Origin: Octopus sinensis | Taxonomy: Eukaryota | Length of the DNA stretch: 64,000 nucleotides | Direction of reading: 5' to 3' | Assembly: GCF_006345805.1 (NCBI RefSeq) | Contig: NC_043006.1 | Span: 13,640,001 to 13,704,000, forward strand | Shown: one piece after another, positions 15,951-29,290 of the stretch | Layout: each line of letters opens with the position of its first letter | How positions within the stretch are numbered: the stretch's first letter is position 1 | The notes under the pieces: generated by a model | What the model saw: the letters and a program-made list of their open reading frames with translations, nothing else | Told to the model about the DNA's origin: nothing | Databases searched by the model: none | Translations under genes and position numbers: made by a program

Positions 15951-16128
15951 TGTAATATATATGAAATATAATTATTATTCATTAAGGTATTTAATGCTGT
16001 TATTTCATTTCAAACTTCCCGCTGCCTTGTTGTATGTTTATATTTCCAGCAAGATTGCACACTTTTTGCACGTCGATATTAAGCATAGAGTTTGAATTTT
16101 AGCTGGAAAATAGGAAAATTAAATAAGG
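15951..16128 (-). promoter_or_regulatory. Putative 5' UTR part of GPCR exon 1 with its upstream splice acceptor
   Basis: Minus strand reads ccttatttaattttcctattttccag|ctaaaattc, a polypyrimidine tract plus CAG at 16105-16103, 152 nt upstream of the ATG. This implies a non-coding exon further right. Confidence 0.45.
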
Positions 16129-16167
16129 AAATTTAGGATCATATCAAAACAATTAGTGCAACATACA

Positions 16168-16565
16168 TCTTTATATATAAAAGTGAAGTTGTGTGTCTGT
16201 CTCCTACGATTTAGATTCCTAACTACTCCCACATTTTGCGGTGCAGTTTAACCAAAACCGGGTATCTTATAATCGTGACTCATATCGAGCCCTTCTGGAT
16301 ATTAGCGCGCGTCTACGATGAGTCTACGATTTAAAAAAAATTTACCATCGTTTTTTCCATTTTAATGCATTCTTTTCGCTATTATATAAGGAAAGTAACT
16401 CTCTAAAAATGTCTACGATGAGTCAACGATTTAAAAAAAAATTTACCATAATTTGTTTCCATTTTTAATGCATTTTTTTTTGCTATTTTTTGGCTATAAC
16501 TCTCTAAAAATGCCTATATAGTTATTTCCCTTACAAACCCGAGCAACGCCGAGCGATACTGCTAG
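16168..16565 (+). mobile_element. Non-autonomous Helitron
   Basis: A|TC start, 3' hairpin cccgagcaacgccgagc followed by CTAG|T; inserted between A and T. Confidence 0.75.
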
Positions 16566-16779
16566 TTACATATATATCTTTTGCAAAGTATTTTTCCGCC
16601 TGTATACAAATCTATAGAGAAACGAATAAAACAAAAGCATATTATACTAGTATATTATAAACCACAACACAAAAATATAACCGTATTATAATCTTCATTC
16701 TTATCATTACTTTAACCTGTTTCAGTTGGAAATAGTGGCCACGCTGAGCCACAGTCACTGCTGCTATATAGATGTTTAT

Positions 16780-17163
16780 GTGGAGGCGCAATGGCCCAGT
16801 GGTTAGGGCAGCGGACTCGCGGTCATAGGATCGCGGTTTTGATTCCCAGACCGGGCGTTGTGAGTGTTTATTGAGCGAAAACACATAAAGCTCCACGAGG
16901 CTCCGGCAGGGGATGGTGGTGATCCCTGCTGTACTCTTTCACCACAACTTTCTCTCACTCTTACTTCCTGTTTCTGTTGTACCTGTATTTCAAAGGGCCG
17001 GCCTTGTCACTCTCTGTGTCACGCTGAATATCCCCGAGAACTACGTTAAGGGTACACGTGTCTGTGGAGTGCTCAGCCACTTACACGTTAATTACACGAG
17101 CAGGCTGTTCCGTTGATTCGGATCAACAGGAACCCTCGTCGTCGTAACCGACGGAGTGCTTCC
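16780..17163 (+). mobile_element. Young full-length SINE family A (long-tail subfamily)
   Basis: tRNA-like head; 13-bp TSD tatagatgtttat (16767-16779 and 17164-17176). Confidence 0.92.
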
Positions 17164-18324
17164 TATAGATGTTTATAAAATCACAGCGAGATTTAACATA
17201 TATGATGATCTCAAAAGAAAGTGTGAGAAATATAATAGTAAAAATAAAAATAAAGGAAATTTTGGTTGAAATAAACTAAAACCTATGTATATCTGAACTG
17301 CAGACAGAAGAACATTTTGTGAGAATCAACAAGTATGAAGAAGGCACGACGAGAACTCACCATGTATTGGGCATTGAAAATCATATTAGAAGAAATTATG
17401 ATTAATGATTCCGTATGATCTTTAAACCATTCCTGTCTCTTTTTGTAGAAAAACATCATTTATTTTTAAACTGAAAAAAAAAAAAACACTAATGATTTAA
17501 TAATTATTTTTTAAACAAAACCAAAATATAGAATATGAAGTAAAAATTTATAATAGAAACAGTTATGAAAATTTCGAGTAACAATATAAAAAATAAAATA
17601 TTTCTAAAGTCTGACTGCAAAGTTAATCACATCTGGCTTCTCTTAATCAATTATTTCAATTAACACTACATGTATGATCAGGAAAAAAGTGATAGAATGT
17701 CCATACATGAAAACCAAATTTGGCTTCAATTCTATGTATCTGTCGGCGAAACACTTTGTATAGCACACAATATCATAGTTGAATTATCTGGAAATAAATT
17801 TGCTTTATGGTGTATCAAAATATTATCACGTACTTTCAGTTATATTAGCGAGTATAATTTCTTTAAAAATTTTTAATTACGTTTATGTTGTTTAGTTCGA
17901 ATTCGATATTGCTTTAACATAAGAATACTTTTTCAAAAGTAAACAGGATCAACAAGCAGAAAATTATGAAGGACAGCACGTAGCTTAGTTGCTTAGTTAA
18001 GAAATGATTAAAATTAAATTTGCTATAAGGAGACGTGCATTAGAAAACTGCATTGCGGATTCGTTGGGTTGTTTGTTTTCACTTGAAGCAGAAAAATTTT
18101 TTCTCGTGAACGACAGTCCGATCTCTATTAATTCTCAAGCCTATGAACCTTTTCTATACTGTTGCTGTTGTTGTTGTTGTTGCTGTTGTTGTTGTTGTTG
18201 TTACTTTTGCCCAAGGTCAATCCTGATAGATCAGATCTATGATCAATGTTCCGTTCTTAATCGTTCAAATTCTTTGTATATCGGAATATATAGCAATAAA
18301 CATTTCCGAAATTATTAACTGTTT

Positions 18325-18411
<87 letters not shown>

Positions 18412-19463
18412 TATATACCGTTGATATGCAGTATATATCAATATTGTATATCAGTAAATATATATCGACGTATCTACCCCGATATCTATACAGCTATATT
18501 TAGAGATGCAGCGATGTACATATATGGATACCGATATATCTAAATATCGATATAGCTGTCAATGCAGGCATACATACATACATACATACATACATACATA
18601 CATACATACATACATGCATACATACATACATACATACATACATGCATACATGCATACATACATACATACATACATACATACATACATACATAACAATATG
18701 TTTACTCCTATTCCATTGTTAAGACAGCTTCGTGTATTTGCAGGAAATTCCATTGATAAATTTAGATGATCGATCGACCACACGCAGGCTCCCTCGTTGG
18801 TTCTTACGATAACGTTGAATGGTTCATCGATGTAAACAACCGAGCACTCTATAATTAACGTGTGTTCGCTTATAATCAGTACTAAACATAATTCCATCCT
18901 CGGTGGATATGATTCAGAGAAATAGAAGCTTCCAGAAGGTTCAGCATGAATCACATTATGTGCATTTCATAAACAGGGTGACTTCAATAAATGGTGTCAT
19001 AATGTTCCTTTTGAACATTTGTAAGGTTAACACTGCACAAAATAATATGGGAAAAGAGGAAATTAGAGAATCAGGGATCTGGAAAGGAAGAAGTGGACGT
19101 AGTAATTGGCGAGGAACCGAGGGTGTGTGGAAAGAACAAGGGTGAGGGGAGAAAGAGAATCGAATGAGGCAGAAATACTTGACTAAATGCGGCAGGAGCT
19201 TAGCCAGCGCTGAGAAGCAGAGATTTTTATAACAGTTGCAGAAAATGTAGAGATCATTTGTCTGAATAATATGCATGGAGTGCTTGGTCTGACAATGTAT
19301 ATTGATTTGGCGGTTGGCTCAATAAAATATATGCAATTTACCTGAAATGGTGTTATTTAATATCTTTTAACTTTATATGTGACCACAGAGAAAGGTTTTT
19401 AAGAAGTGTGTGCCGCTTACCATTCAGAAACATGATTAGACATAGTACGCATAGTTTTCAGAA

Positions 19464-19851
19464 GTGGAGGCGCAATGGCCCATTGGTTAGGGCAGCGGAC
19501 TCGCAGTTATAGGATCGCAGTTTCGATTCCCAGATCGGGCGTTGTGAGTGTTTATTGAGCGAAAACACCTAAAGCTCCACGAGGCTCCGGCAGGGGATGG
19601 TGGTGATCCCTGCTGTACTCTTTCACCACAACTTTCTCTCACTCTTACTTCCTGTTTCTGTTGTACCTGTACTTCAAAGAGCCGGCCTTGTCACTCTCTG
19701 TGTCTCGCTGAATATTCCCGAGAACTACGTTAAGGGTACACGTGTCTGTGGAGTGCTCAGCCACTTACACGTTAATTTCACGAGCAGGCTGTTCCGTTGA
19801 TTCGGATCAACCGGAACCCTCGTCGTCGTAACCGACGGAGTGCTTCCAACC
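19464..19851 (+). mobile_element. Young full-length SINE family A
   Basis: 11-bp TSD agttttcagaa (19453-19463 and 19852-19862). Confidence 0.92.
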
Positions 19852-20230
19852 AGTTTTCAGAAACGTGGACTACCAACAAGAGTTTTTGAAAATGAATTAA
19901 GACCAACACAAAGAGCCAAGGAAATGGGAACGCTGAAGGATAAGTGGGGAAGCAGCAGGATAGGAGTGGTAACAGGTTTAACGGACATTACCTGGAAAAT
20001 AAAAATCTTAAAATCGTCTTTTGTGGGACATGTGTTTAGAAGAAAGGATAATAGATGGAATAGAAAACTGACAGAGTGGACAACACATCCAGAAAATAAA
20101 GAGGGAGGGGAAGACCGTGCAGATGTTGTAATGAAAACTATGTTCAATTCTTCGACGCCCAAACATGTATGAGGAAAACACTAAACTATGGTTGGTAGAG
20201 AGAACATACTAAGGCTTTCGTCCATCAGTA
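19852..20230 (+). mobile_element. Degraded RTE-clade LINE 3' fragment
   Basis: ...VGHVFRRKDNRWNRKLTEWT...GEDRADV resembles the RTE C-terminal motif WAGHVxRxxDxRWxxxxxEW. Confidence 0.6.
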
Positions 20231-20689
20231 GAATGAACCTGTTCAAGGATGATATCTCTTATGATAAAAGACAGATTTTCTCTGCCTGTTCCCATGTTTC
20301 TTTTTAATACAATTCTACAATATAGAATTTTTTCAATTGGAATTTACCTATGATTTTTCCAAGTAGATTCGATTGGGTCATGGCATGTAAAGTTTTTTTC
20401 AATTTGACCCCCAATTAAGCAAAAATTCGAGAAAACTCAATATTTTACGATTTGCCTCTCTCATTTCAAGTGGTTTACTCCTTCCATTACCACCACACTT
20501 TCTCCTACTTTCTCTTTGCAAGTGTGAAACTATTAAAGTGAAAGTATTATATAACAGGGATGAGCCATTAATAGTGGTCGTCCTTTTTGCTAGAGGAAGA
20601 TCCGCTATGGTCTTATATGCTACACCACTGGTTTTCAATTCATATTAATCAAATTAATATTCAGTTTTCCCCCTTATTATGTATGTGTG

Positions 20690-21855
20690 TGTCTGTGTGT
20701 GTATTAGCAATTCGTATAAAATTGCATCAATGACTTGAACTTGAATAAGTGGTTTCACATAAATGGAGATAAATTAAAAAGGTTCGTTGTTATTATTATT
20801 ACTGTTTGACTATTGTAATCACGTTTGTTGGTTCCTCGTCAGGGAAACGTTGTTGTGTTGCATTTGTTAAATAAGTGTAAACCGTAACCCTCCCCATTTT
20901 GGTTATTGTTTAAAAATTGAATTGTGTCCCTGTTTGGGAAAATTGACAATATTTTCACCGTCTTTACGGAAGCATTTTTGTTAAAATGCCTTCGATAGAA
21001 GAAAGTCCAAAAATGAATTTCGCCGCAGCCGTACATTTCTATACAAGATGGAGGACAAGATCCAATTGATCGAAATTACAAGAAGCGGGCCTACAATTCC
21101 AGTCTGTTATATATTTTGAGTATTGTTATCACTAGCGATATCAAGATATAACTTTGTATTTTGTATTTTATGTGTAGATGTATATATATAGATGTACATG
21201 TAATATGTACACATATATATATATACATATATACATGCATAATATATCTACCCATACACACATACGCACACACACACACACATACATAGGGGCAGGTGTG
21301 GATGTGTGGTAACAAACTACGTTCCAAACACATGGACCTGGGCTCAGTGTGGTGACTTGGCATGTGTCTTCTGCTGTAGCTTCAGACCAACAAAAGCCTT
21401 CTCAGTGGATTTTGTACATATATACAGGCATACATACATATATATACATGCATGTTCTATATTACCCATGCTTCATTCCCCTCTTGCCTACATAGGGCAT
21501 CCATTCTCTTTTAACACAGCATGAAGTTTTGTAACAGCACATCCGCTGCCGTTCGTGGAAAACGAAGAGACCCTATTCACCTGCGAACGTTTTACACCGC
21601 CTTCCACGACTATCAAATTCTTACAATTATGAGAACAATAACATGGCTCTTTTCAAGGCAACCTCGCATTCAATTCTTACACCATTCTACGACGGGGTAG
21701 GAACCCCTTTACACGGCTTCCTATACACTTACAAATACATTCATTCGCCGTAAACCTATATCAATATTTGCCTGAATAGTCATCATAATTCAGTGCAATC
21801 ATTAACAGTACTTTCAAGCAATTCAGCCCCGAGCATTGCCGGGCAATTCTGCTAG
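20690..21855 (+). mobile_element. Probable mosaic Helitron-like element interrupted by a SINE relic
   Basis: 3' end cccgagcattgccgggcaattctgCTAG|T; shares two internal modules with 33544-34703. The 5' boundary is uncertain. Confidence 0.45.
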
Positions 21856-22578
21856 TATATTAACAAAGATAAACACAAGTATACATTTTTAGTTCTTGCA
21901 TACGTTTGGACATTGTTGTTATTAATAACTCAGCATTAGAATGTTCCAAGTGAATTAGGATGTCTAACTGCAAAGGATCATCAAGGGAAACTTTATTGTA
22001 TTCCGAAGATACAGTAGTCATCATACGTCCAACTGTACACACATGAGATATATTAAGAAAGATTCATTTATTCATTGTTGGACCGTGGTCGAGACAATGG
22101 AATTTACTATGTTACGCCAGACTTCACGGCCCATCATAGCATTGCGGAGGTCCTGTTGCTGGATGCCTGTATCTCTGGAGATTACATCAGGGTAGGAGAG
22201 TGTGCGCCCTCTGGTATCGCGAGCAGATGGCTTCCAGATGAAAAGAGTATAAATTACCTCGTTTTAAGCTCTACAACAATGTCCAGCAAACTGGACTCTT
22301 CTACCTTTCACTAGAGATGATACTGGTAGTAATTTCCCATATATTTGTACTTTGGTTGGATGACGCCTCCACGCGCGCACACATTATTAGCCATTTGAAA
22401 AGACTATGGAATTTATAATTAAAAATGAAGATGGTGGTCAGAATTTGGATAAATGCTATTTAGTGAGCGCCTTCATTCCCATTCAGGGATTCATTATGGA
22501 TATACGACGAATCCTTGAATGGAGATGATAGCGTTCACTGAATGGTATATATTCAAATTCTAACCACCTTTTTTTTCT

Positions 22579-23215
22579 ATTATTACCTCCGTGTTTAGCG
22601 AAGGGGGAGGTACTGTTTTCGGTCGCGTTTGCTTGTTTGTCCGTGGACAAGATATCTCAAGAACCGCTTGATGGATTCGGATGAAACTTTCAGGAATGTT
22701 TGGTCTCGTGGCTGGCACGAACCGATTAGATTTTGGGATCGATCCGATACCGGACAAGGATTCTAGATTATTTTTTGTTTTATTTACTTTACTTTACTTT
22801 ACTTTACTTTACTTTAGATGAAGTCTTTCAAATCTTTCTCTGATTACCTCCCTTATATTATATTATACTATCTCCCCTATAATATATACATACATATTAA
22901 CACTTTACAATATACTTACATATATACATAATTCTATACATCGATCTAAAACTATAGGAATACTAAAGGAATGCCGGAATTTAAGAGAAAACCGAAAGGT
23001 CTCATGCTATTCATTTAAAACGGACAAGGATTCTGGATTAATTTCCCGGTTCTTTTACTAATTTTTGAGAGCGGTCGAGTTCATTTTTAGTATTTTCGTT
23101 TGTGAGAGCAGTCGAGTTTATTTCAGATATTCTCATTTTTAAATTCGTCTCCGACTAATCCTTGAGCGGTCGTTGGTGTTGCCTTGGCGGAGGTTTGCGC
23201 TCTCTGAGTGCTTTT
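22579..23215 (+). mobile_element. Helentron-associated non-autonomous element (HINE/DINE-like) with an internal insertion
   Basis: ttattacctccg near the 5' end and cggaggt near the 3' end (subterminal IR), a gtttgcttgtttgtccg microsatellite-like tract, 3' stem gcgctctctgagtgc and T-rich ends. A 20-bp direct repeat cggacaaggattct(a/g)gatta brackets 22771-23040. Confidence 0.7.
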
Positions 23216-23534
23216 GTTAGTATATAAAATTTGTCCAGCACTACAAACAGTATGTACATACATGTGTGTGTGTGCGTGTGTGAGTGTGTGTGTGTGTGTG
23301 CGGTATGTGAGTCTCTGTGTGTGTATGTGTGTGTGTGTGCGGTATGTGTGTGTCTGTGTGTGTGTGATGTGAGTGTGTGGTGTGAGCGTATGTGTGTATG
23401 TATGTAATTGACTGATTCCGTTGACTTTGACGGATGAGGTTCCATCAGCCAATATCATAGCTGTTAGACTACCCTCAATGACCATTATTTACATTATTTA
23501 CATTTGACGGATATTTGTCCTCATCTTGTTTGTT

Positions 23535-23585
23535 GTTAACACAACCTTTCAGCTGATTTACCCTTTAGCCATCATCAGGTGACTT
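23535..23585 (-). ncRNA. Degenerate minimal hammerhead-ribozyme-like motif in a Penelope-type terminus
   Basis: Minus strand reads gtcac-CTGATGA-t-ggct..(loop)..agct-GAAA-ggtt-gtgt. Both core boxes are present, with stem I (cac/gtg) and stem II (ggct/agct). Confidence 0.5.
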
Positions 23586-23611
23586 AGGGAAATTTCGAAC
23601 CTGGGTTATTA

Positions 23612-23646
<35 letters not shown>

Positions 23647-23647
23647 G

Positions 23648-23693
<46 letters not shown>

Positions 23694-23701
23694 CATTATT
23701 A

Positions 23702-24017
23702 TTCAGTAGTTTTATTTTTTTATAGCGTGCTTTCACTTCACTACCGAGCGCAGCTCTGTGTGCCTTAGGTATGTGCTGTGATTTGTTGTGATGCTCTGAT
23801 GGTTATTGTATGGAAAGTATTCTGCGTAGGATGTGTGCATTGCCTAGTAGTGCAATTTTCTGTATATTATATGTGTTTGTAAGTCCTGGTGTTTTTGTTA
23901 TGTATTTGTCTGAATATTTTTTTATCATGCCTAATGCACCTACTATGATAGGAATTGTTTCTGTTTTCAGATTCCACATTCTAGTTACCTCTATTTCCAG
24001 GTCTTTGTATTTTGAAA

Positions 24018-24020
<3 letters not shown>
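23702..24020 (-). mobile_element. Second, shorter R4/Dong 3' fragment
   Basis: Reverse-complement match to 2800-3110 (LSKYKDLEIEVTRMWNLK...GNAHILRRILSIQ plus the same 3' UTR), flanked by (TTA)n on both sides. Confidence 0.88.
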
Positions 24021-24088
<68 letters not shown>

Positions 24089-24120
24089 CATCATCATTAT
24101 TATTATTATCATCATTATTA

Positions 24121-24413
24121 TGAAAACTTTTGAAGTCTTTACGTAGGCCTCTGAGCAGGTATCGTCAAGCTTTTGGCAAAATTTGATGCTGATTCTTCGC
24201 TCAACTTTCTCTATCATTTTCAATGCGGTGACCACACACTACACGCGTTACGTCCAAGCACTGCTGTACACAGCAAAAGTAAGCTACAAAGATAAAACTT
24301 AATGCGCATGCACAGCAGAGTTTAAGGTCAATTTCTGCCAAGCGGCTTCACTCTGGGTGCTTTAGCTTCGTTACTATGACAACAGTCCGAATACTTAGTG
24401 ATCAGACCACGTG
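24121..24413 (-). mobile_element. mariner transposon 5' end (TIR and start of transposase)
   Basis: TIR-like gtggtctgatcactaagtattcggactg followed by MIEKVERRISIKFCQKLDDTCSEAYVKTSKVF, similar to the mariner N-terminal E.R..IKFC.KLG motif; cut off by (TTA)n. Confidence 0.75.
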
Positions 24414-24607
24414 TATGTATGTATGTGTAATGTTGGCAAATGAAATAAGTATAAAAATGTGCATTGTCTGTTTAATTAAAAAATTCTATATGTGGCTGAA
24501 GATTGCTCGACATTTGAAAACTGATGTAATACAGTGTTTAATAAAATGAAGTAGCATGAATCGATTGTACTACACTACCTTGGATATCCCTGTTGCTTAT
24601 TTTGATT

Positions 24608-24639
<32 letters not shown>

Positions 24640-25669
24640 TATTAATTTTATTGATTTTGTGGTTTTGTTGTACTTTAACCCAACCGGAAACAGCTTCCGT
24701 CTCATTCGTTTATAAGAATATACATAGCTTTAAAGTATCTTTGAAAGACTTTCGCATGTATTCTTGTTAAAGCAAAAACAAACAAAATTACATGTTGCTG
24801 TAAGCCATTTAATACTTCACTCACATAACGCTAATTCCTTCCTTACGATTCTTTAAAGATACTTTATTTCAAAGCAGTAGTGACAGTTTAGAATTTATAT
24901 TTTCCATAACTTTCCACCCTTCGTGTTCACTATCGGGCCTCAATCTGCTGAAAAACAGAGCCAGCTTTTCTTAAATTGCACCATAATTTTGTAAAATAAA
25001 TTAATGACATATGGGGTAATTTACTACATGTCTAAACAGATGTGATGGCCAGGTCTAGAATGTCCACTTGATCAAGGCTGACTTGGCCCTACGCAACTAT
25101 GAAAATGTTATGGCAGATTTAGGATCTTATAGGGAGTTATGTAGGCGAGGTATGGCTAAATGGGAAAGTAATCCGGGGTTCGATCTCACTACGCGAGATC
25201 TTGCGCTAATGGAATTCTTTATAACTTCGGATCGATTCGTATCTTGTGAATGAAATCGAGTAGATGGAAACTAAAAAGAAGCCTGCCGGGTGGATTGTTG
25301 CTGTAATTCAGAAGTTACAGCTTTGTGATACACTGTGTTACGCACTTTGTCACACTAATTCTGAAAATGAGAAGTCTGTGGAATACGCATCAGCTTAGAC
25401 GTTAATTGCGGAGTAGGTAATGCAGTTGATCGAAAAAAAAAATGTAGCCTCATCGTCAAACGACGGAGATCCACTACCGCAAGCGTTGGGTTTCCAATTA
25501 CAATGACAGTATGCATGCCTTTGTTTCCCGATGTTAAAAAACAAAATATTTTGATTCTATTGTTTGAGAGGAATTGAAGGGGATTTTTATGAAAGTCAGA
25601 CACTGTATAAGTAGTAAAGGTACACGCATACATACATACATACATACATACATACATACATACATACAT

Positions 25670-25700
<31 letters not shown>

Positions 25701-25845
25701 TATATATATATAAAAGACATGTACTTCAAGTTACTTTTTCATTATACACACACTCACAGTGAGAGAGAGAGAGATAGATAGATAGAAAGGGAGAGAGAAT
25801 ATCTATATGTATATATATATATATACACATATATATATATATATA

Positions 25846-25941
<96 letters not shown>

Positions 25942-26000
25942 TACACACACACATACACACACATAAATATGAGCATTGCATATAGATATATATAAATACA

Positions 26001-26033
<33 letters not shown>

Positions 26034-26042
26034 GTATATATG

Positions 26043-26092
<50 letters not shown>

Positions 26093-26764
26093 CTTTGAAA
26101 GCCTTTTGGGAAACTTCTTGTACTATGTAAAACCACCTGCTGCTTTACGTTTTTACATCTTAGTTTTTTTTCTCATTATTTTGCCCTCTGTTATATCAAA
26201 AAGAAATATATAAAATTCTTCGCTTTCTTGTTTCCATTATTTTAATAAAGCATTTACTTTCTCCTAAATAATACGTGTTTTGTTTTTTAATTATGTATTC
26301 TTTATATAAGATCTATACTTCGTTATACCGTTTACTATTTATTTTTTTGTGTGTGTGTGTGTGTTATATCTTTTTATGTCTATGATGATTATATTTTCTA
26401 TGGTTTGATGAGGATTCAGGGCAGATGTTTCTTATCTTATTTCTACAGTCGTCAACATAAATAAAATTAATGTTTACGAACCATTGTAGTACAATGTTGC
26501 TAATTCTTACGAATGTGAACCGGCAGAAGTATTAGAACTTCAAACTAACTGCCTTGTTTGTATTTATTTTCACTATTTATGTCGTGAGTTCAATTCCCGC
26601 TCAGGCCAACTTTCCCTTCTCTCCTTCCCTAGGTAAAGATATAAAAACCGGACTTGAGTGGTGAACTGGCGGAATCATTACGGTATTTATTTCCCGTGTA
26701 TTTCATTCTTAGTTCAATTATCACCATGGTCTACAACACACTCTATATACATAACCATAATTAA

Positions 26765-26994
26765 CTATTTCTTTACTACCCACAAGGGGCTAAACACAGA
26801 GAGGACAAACAAGGACAGACAACAAAGGGATGAAGTCGATTACATCGACCCCAGTGCGCAACTGGTACTTATTTAATCGAACCCGAAAGGATGAAAGGCA
26901 AAGTCGACCTCGGCGGAATTTGAACTCAGAACGTAGCGGCAGACAAAATACGGCTACGCATTTCGCCCGGTGTGCTAAAGATTCTGCCTGCTCG
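26765..26994 (-). mobile_element. MetaSINE-like family C monomer
   Basis: tRNA-like head, Meta-like domain and A-type tail; 10-bp TSD cataattaac. Confidence 0.85.
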
Positions 26995-27214
26995 CATAAT
27001 TAACGATGAATAATATTAAAGCATAATTTAAGATGAATAATACTAGAGCGACAGCGATTCGCGATTTTCGATCAGCTGATAACAGACGATAAGCAGAGGC
27101 CGATGACGCTTGAACATTCGATATCTTAACATATCGTGAATCTGTATTAATTACTTTTTAACACTCCGTTTTGTATATACATACACATATACATACGCAT
27201 ATATTTATACATAT

Positions 27215-27527
27215 GTGGAGGCGCAATGGCCCAGTGGTTAGGGCAGCGGACTCGCGGTCGTAGGATCGCGGTTTCGATTCCCAGACCGGGCGTTGTGAGT
27301 GTTTATTGAGCGAAAACACCTAAAAGCTCCACGATGCTTCGGCAGGGGGTGGTGATCCCTGCTGTACTCTTTCACCACTCTTTCTCACACTCTTTCTTCT
27401 GTTGGCCTGCTCGCTTAGCCAGCGGGGTGGCGTCATTCGAAGGCTAAAACAATGCGAACGCATTGTGACCAGCGATGTGTAACAACATCTGATGGTCTGG
27501 TCGGTCACGTGATGGTGATGGTGATGG
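27215..27527 (+). mobile_element. SINE family A with a third tail type
   Basis: Same head as 16780 but a different 3' half ending in (gatggt)n; 14-bp TSD atatttatacatat (27201-27214 and 27528-27541). Confidence 0.88.
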
Positions 27528-27705
27528 ATATTTATACATATATACAGGCAGAGATGTGAGAGCGTGGTAAGAAGTTTGCTTCCCCCCAATCACATGGTTC
27601 CGAGTTCAGTCTTACTGCGTGGTACTTAGGGCAAGAATCTTCTACAATAGTCTCAGGCAGACCACAGCTTTTTAGAGTTGATTTGGTTGATGGAAACTGA
27701 AAATT

Positions 27706-27930
27706 AAGGCAGCGAGCTGGCAGAAACTTTAGCGCGCTGGGCGAAATTCTTAGCGGTATTTCGTCTGCCGTTACGTTCTGAGTTCAAATTCCGCCGAGGT
27801 CGACTTTGTCTTTCATCCTTTCGGGGTCGATAAATAAAGTACCAGTTTCACACTGGGGCCGATGTAATCGACTTAATCCGTTTGTCTGTCCTTGTTTATT
27901 CTCTCTATGTTTAGCCCCTTGTGGGTAGTA
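27706..27930 (+). mobile_element. Family C SINE nested in a family-B SINE
   Basis: The host motif ggaaactgaaaat is duplicated on both sides of the insert. Confidence 0.82.
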
Positions 27931-28186
27931 AAGAAATAGGAAACTGAAAATACCCGTCGTGTATATGTAGGTGTGTCCCTGTGTCTGTTTGACTCAACCA
28001 CCGTTTGACAACCGGTGCTGGTGTGTTTATGTTCCGTAATTTAGCGGTAGGCAAAAGACCGATAGAATAAGTACTGGGGTTGATTCATTTGACTAAAAAA
28101 ATTCTCCAAGTCGGCGCCCCAGCATGGCCGCAGTCTAATGACTGAAACAAGCAAAAGATAGAAGATATTCATGCATAAACTACCGG

Positions 28187-28479
28187 CACTTCGTCGAGGG
28201 TTCCAGTCGATCCGATCAAGGCAACAGCTTGCTCGAGAAATTAACTTGCAAGTGGCTGAGCACTCCACAGACACGCGTCCCTTTAATGTATATCTCAGGG
28301 AGCTTCAATGAGACACAGAATGGGACAAGGCTGGACCCTTTGTATTAGAGGTACTACTCATTTTTGCCAGCTGAGTGAATTGAAGTAATGTGAAATAAAG
28401 CATCTTGCATCGATCCGCCGGTAATCTGACTCATAAGCTTACGATCGTGACTCAGATATCTATAACCATGCGCCTTCAC
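28187..28479 (-). mobile_element. Older relative of the family-A long-tail SINE
   Basis: Diverged reverse-complement match to the family-A tail (agtggctgagcactccacagacacg) and head. Confidence 0.65.
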
Positions 28480-28598
28480 CTATATATGTATACAGATATG
28501 TCGGTTAACTTTACCTATTAGTATAATTACTACTCTGATCTCTTCTTGAGATTTTACAACTTGCTACTTTGATTATACATACATACATATATACATAT

Positions 28599-28629
<31 letters not shown>

Positions 28630-28635
28630 CACACA

Positions 28636-28877
28636 ATAATAAATGCGCCCTTTTAAAGCCTAGCCAGGCACATGGTCCTGGTTTCCAGGTTTCCATGGCG
28701 TATGTGTTCCCAAGCTGGGTGGGACACCAGTCCATCACACCGTTACTCATTTATTGCCAGCTGAGTGGAATGAAGTGTTTTGCTCAAGAACACAACGCGT
28801 CGCTCGGCCCAGGAACCGAAACCACAATCTTACGATCATGATGGTGACACCCTAACCACTAAGCCTTGCGCCTCCAC
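28636..28877 (-). mobile_element. SINE family A (head type 2 with V-like tail)
   Basis: Same structure as 10785-11045 and 7432-7681. Confidence 0.85.
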
Positions 28878-28988
28878 CTTATATATATGTATATATAATA
28901 AAATATTAGGGAATAAATCCAAACTTACAGGGAAAAATCAGATTTAGGATTGAATCCAATTTTATAGTAAAATATTATATTATATTAA

Positions 28989-29229
28989 ATTAAATTAGAG
29001 ATAAAACCACTATTAGGCAAATCATACAATGAAAAACTTAAGCCAATCCATAAGATTAATTAATTTATATTATTTAAATATATATCAAAATTATTAAAAA
29101 AGATAATTAATTATCTTTTTTAATAATTTTGATATATATTTAAAATAATATAAATTAATTAATCTTATGTATTGGCTTAAGTTTTTCATTGTATGATTTG
29201 CCTAATAGGGGTTTTATCTCTAATTTAAT
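28989..29229. repeat. 241-bp spacerless AT-rich palindrome
   Basis: Centre agataatt|aattatct lies between 29108 and 29109; the 120/121-bp arms differ by two substitutions and one indel. Confidence 0.95.
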
Positions 29230-29232
29230 ATA

Positions 29233-29290
<58 letters not shown>

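Noticed and set aside
16780-16860. tRNA genes at SINE heads
   Set aside because: A/B boxes are present, but the heads run straight into SINE bodies with TSDs and I see no complete cloverleaf.
18559-18954. 131-aa minus-strand ORF
   Set aside because: One third is microsatellite, and the rest has no recognisable similarity or splice signals.
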